64,000 nt of DNA from the human T2T-CHM13v2.0 reference genome, Homo sapiens: NCBI RefSeq assembly GCF_009914755.1, contig NC_060927.1, one strand, 5' to 3'. The first letter of the stretch is position 1. Every line of letters starts with the position of its first letter. This document shows, one piece after another, positions 1 to 27,733 of this stretch. Position numbers and translations under genes: made by a program. The notes beneath the pieces were generated by a model. The model saw only the letters and a list, made by a program, of their open reading frames with translations. It was not told where the DNA came from and ran no database searches.

Positions 1-2
1 GG

Positions 3-335
<333 letters not shown>

Positions 336-369
336 TAGCCCCATTTTTATAACTTTAACTGCCATGAAT

Positions 370-1390
370 ATGACAGATTTCTCACTCTTCTTTCTAGACC
401 CAAATATTCATCTGCTTCAACAGCTCCATCTGGAAGTCCTATTAGCAGCACCTTAACTTATCCAAAACTGAGCTAACCATCTTCTCCCCACACCTTTCTG
501 CTATTCCATACCTTCATAAATAGCACTGTTACATACCTAGGTGTCCAAAACAGAATCCTAAACTTCATTTTGACTCTGATTTCTTCCCATACCTTTTGGA
601 GTCCACTTCTCCGCCACTAACTTTTTTCAGGACACCACTATCTTTCTTGGGTTAATATAACAGCCTTCTACTGATCTCTGTGCCTATCTCTTCTCCATTA
701 TAGCCAAGTAACTCTTTCTTTAAAAAAAAAAAAAAGGTCAAATCAGATGTAACTCCTTTTTTAATAAATAAAATTTTAATACATTTTGTAGAGATGGGGT
801 CTCACTATGTTGCCTAGGCTGATCTCAAGCTCCAGGCCTCCCACCTCAGCCTCCCAAAGTGCGGGAATTATAGGTGTGAGCCACAGTGCCCAGTCTCACT
901 CCTCTAATTAAAACCCTTGACTCCCCACTATTCTCAGAATAAAGACAAGATTTTTTTTAACATGGCTTATAAGGCCCAACCCAATCTCCCATTTATCTCT
1001 TGAGGTCCATTTATTGCACTAGCTGTGCTTTACTCATTTGGAATTATCAATTCCCTAAACCGATTGTCTCCCCTCTCTCATCTCTGTCTGTATACATGTC
1101 TGCCCAATTCCCCTCCAAGTCTCTGCATGTTTCTCCTGCAAGAAACATCTTCCAGATTTTAGATAAAAAAGTATTTATTCTGGGAAGGTTTTCTTGACCT
1201 CCCTCTTTTGTGCTCCAGTATTAGCTCCTTACCATTCTCTCACTGTATTCTAATACCTATTCGTGTGTCTCTATTCCTGTTAACCTTTAAGCTTTCTGAG
1301 GACAGACACCACGCCTTGCTCACAGTTGTATCCTTAAGATGTGAACCATGCCTGGCACGTAGCAGTCTACCAATAAATGAATCTACTAGT
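370..1390. mobile_element. L2 remnants
   Basis: Degenerate pyrimidine-rich L2 signatures; catgcctggcacgtag...caataaatgaat resembles the L2 3' end. Confidence 0.55.
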
Positions 1391-1618
1391 AAGATTCCAT
1401 TCGCAACTCAAAATTACCTCCCTTAAATTTCTGAAACTTCAGCCAGGCATGGTGGCTCAAGCCTGTAATCCCAGCGCTTTGGGAGGCTGAGGTGGGTGGA
1501 TCACCTGAGGTCAAGAGTTTGAGACCAGCCTCGCCAACAAGATGAAACCCCATCTCCATTAAAAATACAAAAAATTTAGCTGGGTGTCGTGACGCGCATC
1601 TGTGGTCCCAGCTGCTCA

Positions 1619-1798
<180 letters not shown>

Positions 1799-1862
1799 TT
1801 AACATCTATAATACTGTGACCACCTTTCCAGACACAGAGAACTTAATCATAGTTTAATATTA

Positions 1863-2252
<390 letters not shown>

Positions 2253-2641
2253 CTAATTTTTATAATAAATATGCACTCATCAACCATCTGAAAGATTAAG
2301 GTCTCTTCTACAACTGAGGTTCTATAATTTTCTCAAGTATGTTATTGCCGCTATGCACAAAGCTCTATGAATTTCCGTACCAGTAACCTCTTGTACTCTT
2401 CTTAGCCTCCACTTTCTATGCCCTCACATTTGTCCTTAGACTGCTAGCTTATTTTTCACCTGTTCTATAGTGTCTATGTATCCCTCACCTTCACTCCATG
2501 AATTATTCTGATTACACATGTGCACCAGTGTATATGTGTAGTGGATGTCAGCCCAAAGTTGGTGCTAATGGAATACTGCCATGGCTCAAAACATTTTTAC
2601 TTTTATTTACTTTTTCTTTTTTTGAGACAGGGTCTCGCTCT

Positions 2642-2969
<328 letters not shown>

Positions 2970-3246
2970 TAAAAATTGCTCTTTCAGAATAGATCCAGCT
3001 GCATATTTTTCCTTCATGTTTTGAGAATTGATATGACTTCTGAGTTTTCAACAGTAATTCAAAGCCATGTATGATAAATATCAGAGGAGATCAAACAGTA
3101 GTATTGTAAAATGTGGAATGACTATAAAAGTAACAAGACTGGTTTTCTTATGTAGCTTTAAATGACACAGAAAGCATCAGTGGGGCCGGTTGCAGTGGCT
3201 CACGCCCATAATACCAGCACTTTGGGAGGCTGAGGAGGGCAGATCA

Positions 3247-3567
<321 letters not shown>

Positions 3568-3944
3568 CTACCTGCTTATCAGTCTGACCATGCAAAAAAG
3601 GTTTGTAGCATAATGTTAAGTGAAAATTTCAGAACCGTGTATTTTAGCTGGGCATGGTGGCACATGCCTGTAGTCTTAACTGCTCTGGAGGCTGAGGCAG
3701 GAGAATCACTTGAGCCCAGGCGGTAAGGATGCAGCAAGCTATAATTGTGCCACTGTACTCCAGCCTGGGTGACAGAACAAGACCGTCTTTAAAAAAAAAA
3801 AAGAAAAAGAAATCTCAGAAATTGTATATACTATGATCCACAATGTAAAAATAAGCATATAAACAAGAAGTGGAAGATAATATGTAAAATAAATATTGCT
3901 GTTGTGAGAAGGAGAATTAGTTCTTTTCCCTTTTATCAAAATTA

Positions 3945-4082
<138 letters not shown>

Positions 4083-4402
4083 TTACCCTAGAGGCTGCAG
4101 TGAGCCGTGATCACACCACTGCACTCTAGTCTGGGTGGCAGTGTGAGACCCAGTCCGTCTCAAAAAAAAAAAAAAAAGTTTTTATGATATTGTCTTTTTA
4201 ATAATCTTTTTTAATCAGCCATTACTGAACCAGGCACAGTGATGTGCACCTGTAGCCCCAGTTACTGGGAGGGCTGAGGCAAGAGGATGGCTGAGCCCAG
4301 AAACTGGAGAACAGCTTGGGCAACAAAGAGAGGAGACCTCCATCTCTTAAAAAAAAAAAAAAAAAATCAAAAATCCGTCATTAGGCCAGGCGCGGTGGCT
4401 CA

Positions 4403-4706
<304 letters not shown>

Positions 4707-5409
4707 TCAGAGAGAGATCTGTTCTATTCAGTAAGAAATAAGACTTTTCTAAAATCTTTCAATTTTCCGTTCTATTTCTAAATGCCAAAAAAAGATAAGA
4801 CTCACATTTATTTTTATTTTTTCTTTTTCTTTTTTTTGCTCCTGCCTAAAAAGTAAGGACTCACATTTTTGATGATGCATTTGTTTTTACAAGAATATTG
4901 AGCTTCCAAGTAAAACCTTTGTGAAATCAGAGCATAAGCTATTAAGGTCACTAAAATAAATATAAAATACCTTTTAATTATAAACACTACGATTAAAACG
5001 TATGTGGAGAGAACCCCAAAAAAATTTTAAGACATGTAAAAAAGGCAAAAAGAAATCAATCATGTGTTTCTAACGGTTAATCACTATCTTGTAAAAAGAA
5101 TCCCAAAAATTATCAATAGAAATTCACAATATTTGAAGAACACTCAAAGGTATTTTCGCTCTGTAGATCTCCAGATACCACTGTCTACTGATTGAGGGAC
5201 TCCAACTTGATCCAGCAATCAAGCTACGTAGACGAACAGAAACAGAATTAAAGCAATTAAGTGAGTCAATTCAACTCACCACACTTCGGTTTTTGTGTGT
5301 ACCTAATAAAAATGTTGCAACAGAAGAAGTAATGTGGCGTTAAACCAATCAGAGTTTGGGAAGAGTAGTAATTAGCATAAGAAACTGAAAATTAATTAAG
5401 TGGCTTTTA

Positions 5410-5793
<384 letters not shown>

Positions 5794-7664
5794 CTACTCA
5801 CCGCAGCCTTGAACTCCTAGGCTCAAGCAATCCTCCCACCTCAGCCTCCCCAGTAGCTGGGACTACATGTCGGTGCCACTACATCCAGCTCATTTTCTTA
5901 TTTCTGTAGAGATGGGGCCTCACTATGTTTTGCCCAGGCTGGTCTGCAACTCCTCGCCCCATGTGAATCTCCAGCCTCCGTCTCCCAAACTGCTAGGATT
6001 ACAGGCGTGAGACACCGCGCCAGGCCCAAGTGGCATCATAAACCATCTCTAGGAAATCTAAAGGATTAATAATGATATTCACTTCTCTATCAGATTCACT
6101 GCAAAGATTTTTCTATATAAGCATAATGCAGCAACACTAACTTATATACACAATAATCTTCTCCATAGCAATGATTTGTCAGACATTAGGAAATCCTTTA
6201 CATATTTAATATAATAATCCAATCCTTTATATCTTCAATAATCCAATCACAAAGTTCAAAAATATTAAGAGAAGTTATCATGCAACTCCTCACCCCAATT
6301 TTATTGCAAATTTTACTTTACTTTGACCTGATGTTCCATGCCCACAAGCTAGATAACAATGCGTCAAATATCTCGTTATCATTGCAAAGCAAAAAAATAA
6401 AACTTGCTTTAATATAAAACGGTAACTAGTATACAACCTGTAGTAGTTAAAACAATATAAAATTTTACTTAACCAGATATTGCACGTTAAACTCTAGGAA
6501 CATTAACAGTGGAAACATTCTCCGCATCTAACAAATTACGAGATAAAGTATAGATCCGTTGAGAGGGAACTAACATTCTGACCTCCTTCCAAAACGACAA
6601 ACTAGAACGGCAAAATTACACTCAGGCACATTGGAGTACTCTTCTCTCAAATCACTCCACAGAGAACTTCATCATTTGCTCCGCCCTCTAATAACTCATG
6701 CAAGAAAAGTTCAGCACCATCAGAGAGAAACAAGACAGAGAGAATTCATAGAATGGCTTTAGGGCCTTTCCTCCAGGCGGTAAGAGGATCTGCGTGTGTC
6801 CTTCGCAGGGGTCCAAAGGGAGAGAACCTAGGCCTAGGGTTTCGGGGATACCGACACCCAGAAACAGATTTTCTCTCAAAGAAGTTTCTGCCGCCATCCC
6901 TATCTTATCAGCAGGAGGCCCCGGCGCCATCGTCTCCGTCTTTATGATTTTATTATGGGGAGGTGGGAAACGCCACCCTGGATTCTTCCAGGCCTCCCCT
7001 ATTCAGCTTGGGGGTTCCCCCTCATTCTTCCCTCAAAGCCTCAGTCCCTGAGGTCCTCCTCAGCACCCCCCGCTTCTGGCGGCCTGTCCCCCGTGAAGTG
7101 TAAAGGCACGGCCGAACCCACCGGCCTTGCCGTGAAGGCGGGAGGGCCCGAACCCGCCAGGGCCACGGCGATGGCTCCGAGGGGCCCAGAAAGGGGAAGG
7201 GCAGGCCGGGGACCGGGGCAGAATGACCTGGCCGGGGAAGAAAGGAAAAAAGGAGGTGAGGAGATGCACCGCACCGCAGGGCTGCACAGAGAAGGGAAGA
7301 TGATGAAGGAGGAGGAGGAGGGCGGTGGCCCGGGTGCGGCCCCCTACTCCTCCCGCCCCCGGGTCCCCGGGCCGGCGGGGGCGGACGGACTCGGCCCATT
7401 CCCAGGTCTGGGCTGGCGGGGGGTTGGGGGATCTCCCTCCACGCTACTAGGAGACAGAGAACGAGGGTATCGGGAGCGGGGGGGGGCTGTCTCCCGCCTG
7501 AACCCGGAGACCCCGACGCCGTCGTCGCCTCTTCCTCAGGAGGGAGGACGGCAGCTGTGGGTAAAGCCCGAAGGAGGAATGCCTGAAGGTAAGGGGAAGC
7601 CCGGGGCAGACCCGCTGCCCGCTCCGGACCCCACTCTCCACCTTCCGGTAACCGCGTCTCTTAC

Positions 7665-7737
7665 CGGTAATGGTGGTGAACTGTTGAATTAACCCCTTCA
7701 GCGCCGAGGACGCCGCGGAGCCCCCGTGGGCAGCCAT
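7665..7737 (-). CDS. UBXN7: UBX domain protein 7, first coding exon (p97/VCP and neddylated-cullin adaptor)
   Basis: Translates to MAAHGGSAASSALKGLIQQFTTIT-G, which I recognise as the UBXN7 N-terminus. ATG at 7737-7735 in AAGATGG context, 73 coding nt, then donor CCG|GTAAGA. The rest of the gene lies left of the window. Confidence 0.96.
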
Positions 7738-7741
7738 CTTA

Positions 7742-7759
7742 CCGCCGCCGCCGCCGCCG
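7742..7759 (-). repeat. (CGG)6 trinucleotide repeat in the UBXN7 5'UTR, next to a YY1-like AAGATGGC spanning the ATG
   Basis: ccgccgccgccgccgccg on the + strand directly beside gccatctt. Confidence 0.85.
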
Positions 7760-7811
7760 AACAACAACACAGACACACACGGACTGCCCTCCCCCACTTC
7801 GCCGTGCGGTG

Positions 7812-7877
7812 TGCGCAGGCGCATTGACCGCCCCTCGAGCCCCGCCCCTCCCGTCCCCAGCGGTCTGCGCAGGCGCA
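7812..7877. promoter_or_regulatory. Two NRF1-type motifs (TGCGCAGGCGCA at 7812-7823 and 7866-7877) flanking a GC box (GCCCCGCCCCT, 7839-7849)
   Basis: Direct motif reading; one mismatch to the NRF1 palindrome TGCGCATGCGCA; just upstream of UBXN7 exon 1. Confidence 0.75.
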
Positions 7878-8968
7878 TTTTCCGACCGGGCCCGCGCGCT
7901 CCCAGCTCTCGGGTTGGCTGCTCGGTTGCTGCCTGCTCAGTGCATCCTTTTTGCCATTGCTGGTGCCTTCCTCTCCGGGCTCCAAGGCTAGCCTCGCAGG
8001 CGCGGTGTCGATTCCTAGATTCCGAAGGAAGCTTCGGTCTCGGCAGATAGTTCTTCGCATTTCAGCTTCGCAAGCTTTATTGACAGAGCCAACTGCCGAT
8101 GACAGCATTTTTCTGTTTTGCGGTTGTACCGCACTCTATTAGGTTTCCTGCAGGTCCCATCAAAATGCAAACCCTACCTCCTCGCTTTGAAGCGACTCTC
8201 CCCGTACTCGCCCCCCAGCCTCTAAACTAATGGCTTAGCTAACCGATTGCGACGAGTGAAATACCAGAACCCTTCATGCCAAAGAAAGCACTTAGCGCGG
8301 GGTTGCCACCCAGTAGGTTTTCATAAACGATTGTTTAGTCTGCTTTCCTTAAATAAATTGGCCATCACGTCTCCCGTTAGGGTCTTAATGAGACCCCAAG
8401 AGGCGTCATTTGTATAAAAAGAAACTCTGTATATGCAGTAGAGGAAAGAAAACATATAGAAAGGAGACTGGAAAAGTGTGCTCAAAACGCTGGTAACGGT
8501 TACCTCCAGAGAAGAGAACGATCGGGACGATGGTCAAAGCGGACCTTACTTCGAGTTTCTTATTTATCTTTTTATTTTTAAACAAACATTATTGGCCGGG
8601 CGCGGTGGCTCATGACTGTAATCCCAGCACTTTGGAAGGCCGAGGTGGGAGAATCGCTTGAGGCAAGGAGTTCGAGACCAGACTGGGAAATATATCAAGA
8701 ATCCATCTCAAAAAAAAAAAAAAAAAAAGATATTTGTGTGTTCCTTGAATAATTTTAAGTATTTTGCAAAACAGTTACATGAGTGGGGTGCGCTCAAATC
8801 CAATAATCCCCCACCTTGCCCATAAAGTTAAAAGAGATTCCAAGTGATTCCGTTTGTTTTAGCCTCCCACCTTCCAACCTCCACCCACATATTTTGCATC
8901 TTCATAGGAAAATGGCCCAATAAAAGATGGGATGAGCTGTCTGAAGAATTGACACATCCTAAGAGTAA

Positions 8969-9226
<258 letters not shown>

Positions 9227-9444
9227 TGAGCAGGCTAGTCTCAAACTACTGACCTCAAGTGATCCACCCGCCTCGGCCTCCCAAAGTGTTGGGATTACAG
9301 GCGTGAGCCACCACACCCAGTCGGGCTGTAGTTTCAAGAAGATATGATTGATGTAAAAGAAAGCAGACTCCAGTAATCCCAGCACTTTGGGAGGCCGAGG
9401 CGGGCGGATCGCCCGAGGTCAGGAGTTCCAGACCAGCCTGGTCA

Positions 9445-9648
<204 letters not shown>

Positions 9649-10407
9649 TTAAGTTAAATGACAGATTGGTCCTGGCACTGCCTTCCAGGTTGCTGCAGTT
9701 CTCTAGATGGGCTGAGGAAGGGCAGGGATCAGTCATAAATTTCGGCAGCTGATTCCTTCACATTTGATGCAGAGGTGCAAAAACAGGCAAGGGAAGAAAG
9801 CCAAATCAAGAAAGTGTTACCTCTGTCTCCCTTCATCCTAAAGGCTGAGTCACTAGCCAGCCATGCAAAATCAAGCTCCACGTAAAATGGTATAACACCA
9901 TTAACTACAAAAACTAAACACAGTGATTACTGTACCTCCATCAGATGGAGAGGCCAGTAATGAGCTCTGCAGGTTTATCAGGTTTATTTCCAAAATCTTA
10001 TAATTCAGATTTAATGATATGATTTAGATTAACAGTGCAGGAAAAGGTGATAAAGTCTGTGGCATCCACAACTCCAGAAGGCATTTTTTTAGAAATTAAA
10101 AAATAAGATAAAAGAAAATTAGACAGGTGGCCAAAAAGATTCCATGGTCGGGGGGAGGGGGGGAAAGAAGGGAAGAAAATGAGACAGTTTCCATGGATAA
10201 CCAGGGAACTGGGAAAAATAAATAAAGAAGTAATGAATAATACAACCTTGAAAAGCTTTTTTGGATTATTAAAGAATATGAAGGACTGACCAGGTGCGGT
10301 GGCTCACACCTGTAATCCCAGCACTTTGGGAGGCCGAGGCTGGGGATCACCTGAGGTCAGGAGCTCCAAACCCGCCTGACCAACATGGTGAAACACCATC
10401 TTTACTA

Positions 10408-10626
<219 letters not shown>

Positions 10627-11109
10627 TCATGCCTGTAATCCCAGCACTTTGGGAGGCCAAGACAGGAGGATCACTTGAGCCCAGGAGCTTGAGACCAGCC
10701 TAGGCAACATAGGGAGACCCTATCTCTGAAAAAAGAAAAAAAAAGTTTAATTAGCCAGGTGCGGTGGTGCAAGCTTGTAGTCCCACCTACTCTGGAGGCT
10801 GAGGCGGGAGGATCACTTGGGCCCAGGTGGTCGAGGCTGCAGTGAGCCATGATGACACCACTGCACTCCAGCCTGGGTAAGATATGTGGAAATCACAAGG
10901 AACAGTGGAGGATCTCATACTAGTAACAGTAGAACTGTCACAACCCATACGTCCAAAGAGATGAGAACAGAGAGAAGTTAGAGAAATCCCAAGTGAGATT
11001 TTTTTGCAGAGCAAACCACCATGCAAGAAGCAATGACCTTCTGTCAAGGGACATAAATAAGCAGCTTGAGGCAATCTCAGAGAGGAGCTCAGGGACATAG
11101 ATACCCTGA

Positions 11110-11614
<505 letters not shown>

Positions 11615-11639
11615 TGAACCACAGAGCCTGGCCCGAAAC

Positions 11640-15510
<3,871 letters not shown>

Positions 15511-15679
15511 CAGGCACAGTGGTTCACTCCTGTTATCACAGCACTTTGGAAGGCTGAGGCAGGCGGGTCCCTTGAGGCCTAGAGTTTGAGAGCAGCCTGG
15601 CCAACATGGTGAAACCCCGTCTCTACCAAAAATGCAAAAACTAGCTGGGCATGGTAGCACATACCTGTAGTCCCAGCTA

Positions 15680-15796
<117 letters not shown>

Positions 15797-16734
15797 TTAA
15801 AAAAAGAAACATCTGTAATGTAAGAAGTGAAACTGGGATTTGAACCCAGACAAAATGAATTGACAGAAAGTTTGGGGAGGTGATGTGCATAGCAATTAGT
15901 ATTTAAAAAAAAAGTTCAAAGAATAAAAATATTTCAGTTATTTTTCAGCACTTCTCAGGTGGGCCAATATCGCTACCACCAAAAAGACATATTATATTGT
16001 GGGACAGGCATTAAGTTGTTTAGGGTATTGGATGTTATGTCGGGAAAACGAAATTTAGCTAGCTTAAATAGCAAGGTGAGCTAGGGTAGGGCCTGTGTCG
16101 GGTACCACAGGGCTCCAGCTCTGCCTCTGATTCTCTTGACTTTCCCAGGACTGTCTGAGCTTTGTTCTAGGCTGGTAGCAAGACAGCTGCAGTAGTCTGA
16201 AGCATCACATTCAGGTACAGTGACATGCAAAGGAAGAAGCATCAGCTCATCTCTTCTGTGAGAAAGGACACATTTCCTAGAAGTCTCCTGGGAGAGACAT
16301 TCCTTCAAAATTCGTCTGAATTGAGTCTGAATTGAGTCACAATTCTGTTCCTAAACCAGTCTCTGCCAAGGGATGTGAGATAAACATAACTGGCGTAGTA
16401 AAGCATATGGCTTTGTGGAGGAAGGTGGATACCTCCCCAAAGTTTGGTGCTTTTAAGGAGAAAGAAGGAGGGGAATGAATGTTAATTAGGCAATTAACAA
16501 AATCTGCTCCATTCATGAAGCTTCACTATGAGCACCGTGAAACATTCCCACACTTCCCTTCGTTCTGATTCCACCTTTACCTAGAATCTTTCTGATTGAC
16601 ACTTAACTTTTCCAGATTTCTTGATACTAGGAAAGTACTGAATGAGTCTGTCAGTCACTGAAAACATCTATCTCTCACTATTAAATTTAAAAATTGATAT
16701 TTTGGTTTAGGGTTAGGGTTTTCTGTTCCTACGA

Positions 16735-17075
16735 TTTTTGCTATTTCTAGAATGTTATGTAAATGGAGTCAAACAGAATGCAGTAGCCTTTCGAGTCTGG
16801 CTTCTTACACTTAGCATAATGCATTTAAAGTTCCTCATGGCGGTGTCTGCGTCTGTATCTTTTTCCTTTTCATTGCTGAGTATCAGTCCATCATAAGGAT
16901 GCATCCCAGTCTGTCTATCCATTCCCCAGTTGAAGGGCATTTGGGTTATCTCGTTAGGGGCAATTATGAATAAAGCTACTATAAACTCATGTACAAGTTT
17001 CTGTATGAACATAAGTTTTCATTTCTCTTCTAAAAACACCTACACGAGGAATTGCTGGCTCATATAGTGAGTGTA
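16735..17075 (-). mobile_element. Old L1 3' end fragment
   Basis: gtctggcttcttacacttagcataatgc, tatccattccccagttgaagggcatttgggtt. Confidence 0.7.
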
Positions 17076-17395
17076 TTTTTTTTTTTTTTTTTTTTTTTGA
17101 GATGGAGTCTCACTCTGTCGCCCAGGCTGGAGTGCTGTGGTGCAATTTCGACTCACACAACCTCCGCTTCCCGGGTTCAAGCGATTCTCCTGCCTCAGCC
17201 TCCCGAGTAGCTGGGATTGGAGTCACCCACCACCATGCCTGGCTAATTTTTGTATTTTTAGTAGAGATGGGGTTTCACCATGTTGGCCAGGCTGGTCTTG
17301 AAGTCCTAACCTCAGGTGATCTGCCCGCTTCAGCCTCCCAAAGTGCTGGGATTACAGGCGTGAACCATCCTATCAGGCTGTGAGTGTATGTTTGA

Positions 17396-17749
<354 letters not shown>

Positions 17750-18045
17750 TGATTCTTAAATGTCAATTTGGGGAAGATATCTGGCAACCATCACTTTAAC
17801 CAAGTGATCCAACTTAACATTAATGAGTGGGACAACCTGATAATTTTGATGTGATGCGTTAGGAAATGTTCAGTATCACCTATGACATATTCTTGGCAAA
17901 ACTGTACCAATCAAGCCTCTAGGCCTAATTTCCAGACTACAAAAAGTATAGGAAGATCAAGATACAAGTTAAAGGAGGCCATGAGGAAGCACTCAGGCAA
18001 ATCTAGACTATGGGCATTCATAAGATAACTGTCCTGGTCTCTTCA

Positions 18046-18363
<318 letters not shown>

Positions 18364-18367
18364 TTAA

Positions 18368-18499
<132 letters not shown>

Positions 18500-18779
18500 T
18501 GAAAAGAGAGTAAAGACATTACAGGAAGATGCAAAGCTTTGATTGAATCCTGGTCATTAAAAGCAATCTTCCTGCCTCGGCCTCCCAAAGTGCTGGAATT
18601 ATGGGCATGAGCCACAGCTCAACTGAATTTCTCCCAAGGGCCAGGTGCCGTGGCTCATACTTGTAATAGCGCTTTGGGAGGCTGAGGTGGAAGGATCACT
18701 TAAACCCAGGAGTTTGAGAGCAGCAACATAACAAGACTCTATCTCTACAAAATTAATTAATTAATTAATTAAAAATTAG

Positions 18780-20113
<1,334 letters not shown>

Positions 20114-20254
20114 TGATCACTTGAGCCCAGAAGGTCCAGTGAGCTGTGATTGAGCCACTACACTCAGCCTGGGCTATACAGAGTGAGACCCTGTGTCACT
20201 AGCAATGATAATGATAATAATAACTTTTAAAAGTTTAAAAAGAAATAAATTTAA

Positions 20255-21500
<1,246 letters not shown>

Positions 21501-21955
21501 ATTTCTACTTTTTTTTTTTTTTTTTTTTTTTGAGACAGAGTCTCGCTCCGTCACCCAGACTGGAGTGCAATGGTGAGATCTCGGCTCACTGCAACCTCCG
21601 CCTCCCGGGGTCAAGCAAGTCTCTTGCCTCAGCCTCCTGAGTAGCTGAGATTACAGGCATGCACCACCACGCCTGGCTAATTTTTGTATTTTTAGTAGAG
21701 ATGGGCTTCACCATGTTGGTCAGGCTGGTCTCAAACTCCTGACCTCAGGTGATCTGCCCTCCTCGGCCTCCCAAAGTGCTGGGATTACAGGCTGAGCCAC
21801 CGCACCCAGCCCACATAATTTTGTAAAAAAAAATAATAATAATAAGCAGCTCAGAGTAAAAAAGAAAATGCCTAAGTACACACACAAAATCCAAGTACCA
21901 TGTATTAGAAGCAGTATGAACAACAGATAGAGTGAACAGACTTGCAAATAGTTCA

Positions 21956-22550
<595 letters not shown>

Positions 22551-23014
22551 TCACCGCACTCCAGCCTGGGTGGCAGTGAGACCCTAGGAAAAGAAAAAAA
22601 AAAAGCACCACTGCGTTCCAGTCTGGGTGACAGAGCGAGATGCGAGACTCAAAAAAAAAAGTGTAAGAATTTGTTGAGGTCTAAGATGGGACATTTCTCC
22701 AGAGGGAATTTACATTTGCTCCTGCCTGGCATTGATGGGCACTACCACACCAGTAGCAACTAACTCAACTCATCATTTGAAGCTTTCTGAACCACACACG
22801 CAATATGAATTTGGGCTGCAAATCAACATGTAAGAACTGCCCAGGGGCTACAGCTTCTCAGGACAGCCCCCTCTCCTCACCCCCCATCACCAAGGTAACC
22901 TTGCTTGCAGCCTCACAATGCAAGGAGTAGAAGGGCTGTTTACTTCTGGTTCTCGTTACCAGAGAGGTCCTAGTGTTTTGTGGAGCATTTCCTATTAGAT
23001 CTCTTTTGGCAGAT

Positions 23015-23722
<708 letters not shown>

Positions 23723-23997
23723 ATTCCCCACCTTTGGTGGCCTTGGCCTTTGACTTTTTTATTTCACAGCCCCTTGGGGTTTCACTCTTGTCGCCCAGGC
23801 TGGAGTGCAATGCTGTGCATTCTTGGCTCACTGCAACCTCCGCCTGTCAAGTTCAAGCAATTCTCCTGCCTCAGCCTCCAGAGTAGCTGGGATTACAGGC
23901 ACCCACCACCACGCCCGGCTAAATTTTTTGTATTTTTAGTAGAGACGGGGTTTCACCATGTTGGCCAGGTTGATCTCGAACTCCTGACCTCAGGTGA

Positions 23998-24318
<321 letters not shown>

Positions 24319-24789
24319 TGATCCGCCCGCCTTGGCCTCCCAAAGTGCTGGGATTCCAGGTGTGAGCCACCGCGCCCGGACTTCCTTTTCTTTTCTGAGA
24401 TTTGATTTGTCCCACTCATTCCTTACTATCTTGCCACCTCTGTGATGACGTTAAGAGGTATATTTGTTTGTTTTAAAACAATATCCAGCTTTTCAGTTAT
24501 TCTCATTGTCTATCCAAATACCTTCCCCCACAGATCAGCTAAAAGGTAGAGAAGTCAAGAAATGACAGCAGAGGGACCGAGGAGCTGATGAGGAAAAAGT
24601 GAAGGGCAACTTCAAGGTTTTCAGCCTGGGAGGAGGTTTAAAAAATGGTTTCAAAAAAATAAAAATAAAAATAAATAAAAGAAACAAAACAAAACAAAAA
24701 AATGAAAAAAAGTTGGTTTCTAGCAAGAAAAGAAAGAAAAGCAAAGGTCAGAAAGAAAAGCAAATTTTCAGAGAACAACCGACTTTGGT

Positions 24790-26236
<1,447 letters not shown>

Positions 26237-27517
26237 AATAGTAAGACATCAAAAGGTAAGAAAGGAATAACATTTTCAGTCAAATGAGAATTGCTATATT
26301 GTAAGTGTGTATCTTCATACACAAACTCATGTAACAGGAAATATAATTTTATTTTTCTATAACTCAGTTTAACAATTTAACAATTTAACTTTTATTATTC
26401 CCATCAGCACCATAGGAAAAGTAACAATGAAAAAAAACTGTTACTATTCCCAGACCAGGGAATCCTTATGTAGTCTAAGGATGTGGTAGCCTGTTTACTT
26501 GTCATCAATTCTACCAAATCTATCGGCCATAGCCTTTTTTTTTTTTTTTTTGAGACAAGGGTCTCTGTCACCTGGACTGGAGTGCGGTAGCATGATCATA
26601 GCTCACTGCAGCCTCAAGCTCCTGGCCTCAAGAGATTCTCCCACCTCAGCCTCCCAAAGCACCGGGATACACATGAGACATGACACCTGGCTATAGTCAA
26701 GTTTTGTTTGACCCATCTGCAGGTTTTAAAATTCAAAAGCTGGCCAGGCATGGTGGCTCAAACCAGTAATCCCTGCACCTGGGAGGCTGAGGTGAGTGGA
26801 TTACCTGAACTCAGGAGTCTGAGACCAGCCTGGCCAACATGGCAAAACCCCGTTTCTACTAAAAACACAAAAATTAGCCCAGTATGGTGGTGTGCACCTG
26901 TTGTCCCAGCTACTCCGGGGGCTGAGGCAGGAGGATCACTTGAGCCTTGGGAGGCTGAGGTTGCAGTGAGCCATGATCTCCAGCCTCAGTAACAGAGGGA
27001 GACCCTGTCTCCAAAAAAAAAAAAAAAAAGCAAAGGCTGTGGCTGCAGGTCACACCTCTAATCTCATCACTCCGGGAGGCCAAGGCAGGAGGATGCCTTG
27101 AGGCCAAGAGTTCAAGACTAGCCTGGACAACATAAGAGACCTTCTCTCTCCAAAAAGTTTAAAAAATGACCAGGTGGGGTGGTACACTCACGTAGTCCTA
27201 GCTACTCAGGAGGCTGAGGTGGAAGGATCACTTGAGCCCAGGAGTTGGAGGTTACAGCGAACTATGATCACGCCACCATACTCCAGCCTAGACAAGAGAG
27301 CAAGACTTTGTCTCTCTTTTTTTAATAAAAAACATTTTCATTTATTTATTTCAGAAGAGAACTAGAGTGAAGACCTTGTCTCTTAAAAAAAAATCAAAAG
27401 CTGACAATTGATTCCTTTCTTCCTCCTTCCCCTAACCTGCTACCATGTCAATGGCATTAGTTAGGAGTGGTTTTGGCTGCAAATAACAGAACATTTGAAT
27501 ACCAGAGGCTTTAGTGA

Positions 27518-27733
<216 letters not shown>

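Larger units (their letters stand above)
6720..7870 (+). ncRNA. UBXN7-AS1: Probable antisense lncRNA overlapping UBXN7 exon 1
   Basis: Mostly recalled annotation. Sequence support is limited to the CpG island and a + strand donor-like GCG|GTAAGA at 6779/6780. Boundaries uncertain. Confidence 0.3.
6840..8310. promoter_or_regulatory. UBXN7: CpG island / UBXN7 promoter and exon 1
   Basis: Sharp rise in GC and CpG density relative to the flanks, Alu-free, surrounds the start codon; boundaries judged by eye. Confidence 0.9.

Noticed and set aside
6955-7692. 245-aa + strand ORF and other overlapping ORFs in the CpG island
   Set aside because: GC-rich sequence is depleted of stop codons; low-complexity G/P/R composition; no recognisable domain.
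7738-7878. N-terminal extension of UBXN7 suggested by the 143-aa ORF (upstream ATGs in ATGCGCCTGCGCA)
   Set aside because: Those ATGs are part of the NRF1 motifs and probably lie upstream of the main TSS; the ORF also reads through the exon 1 donor.
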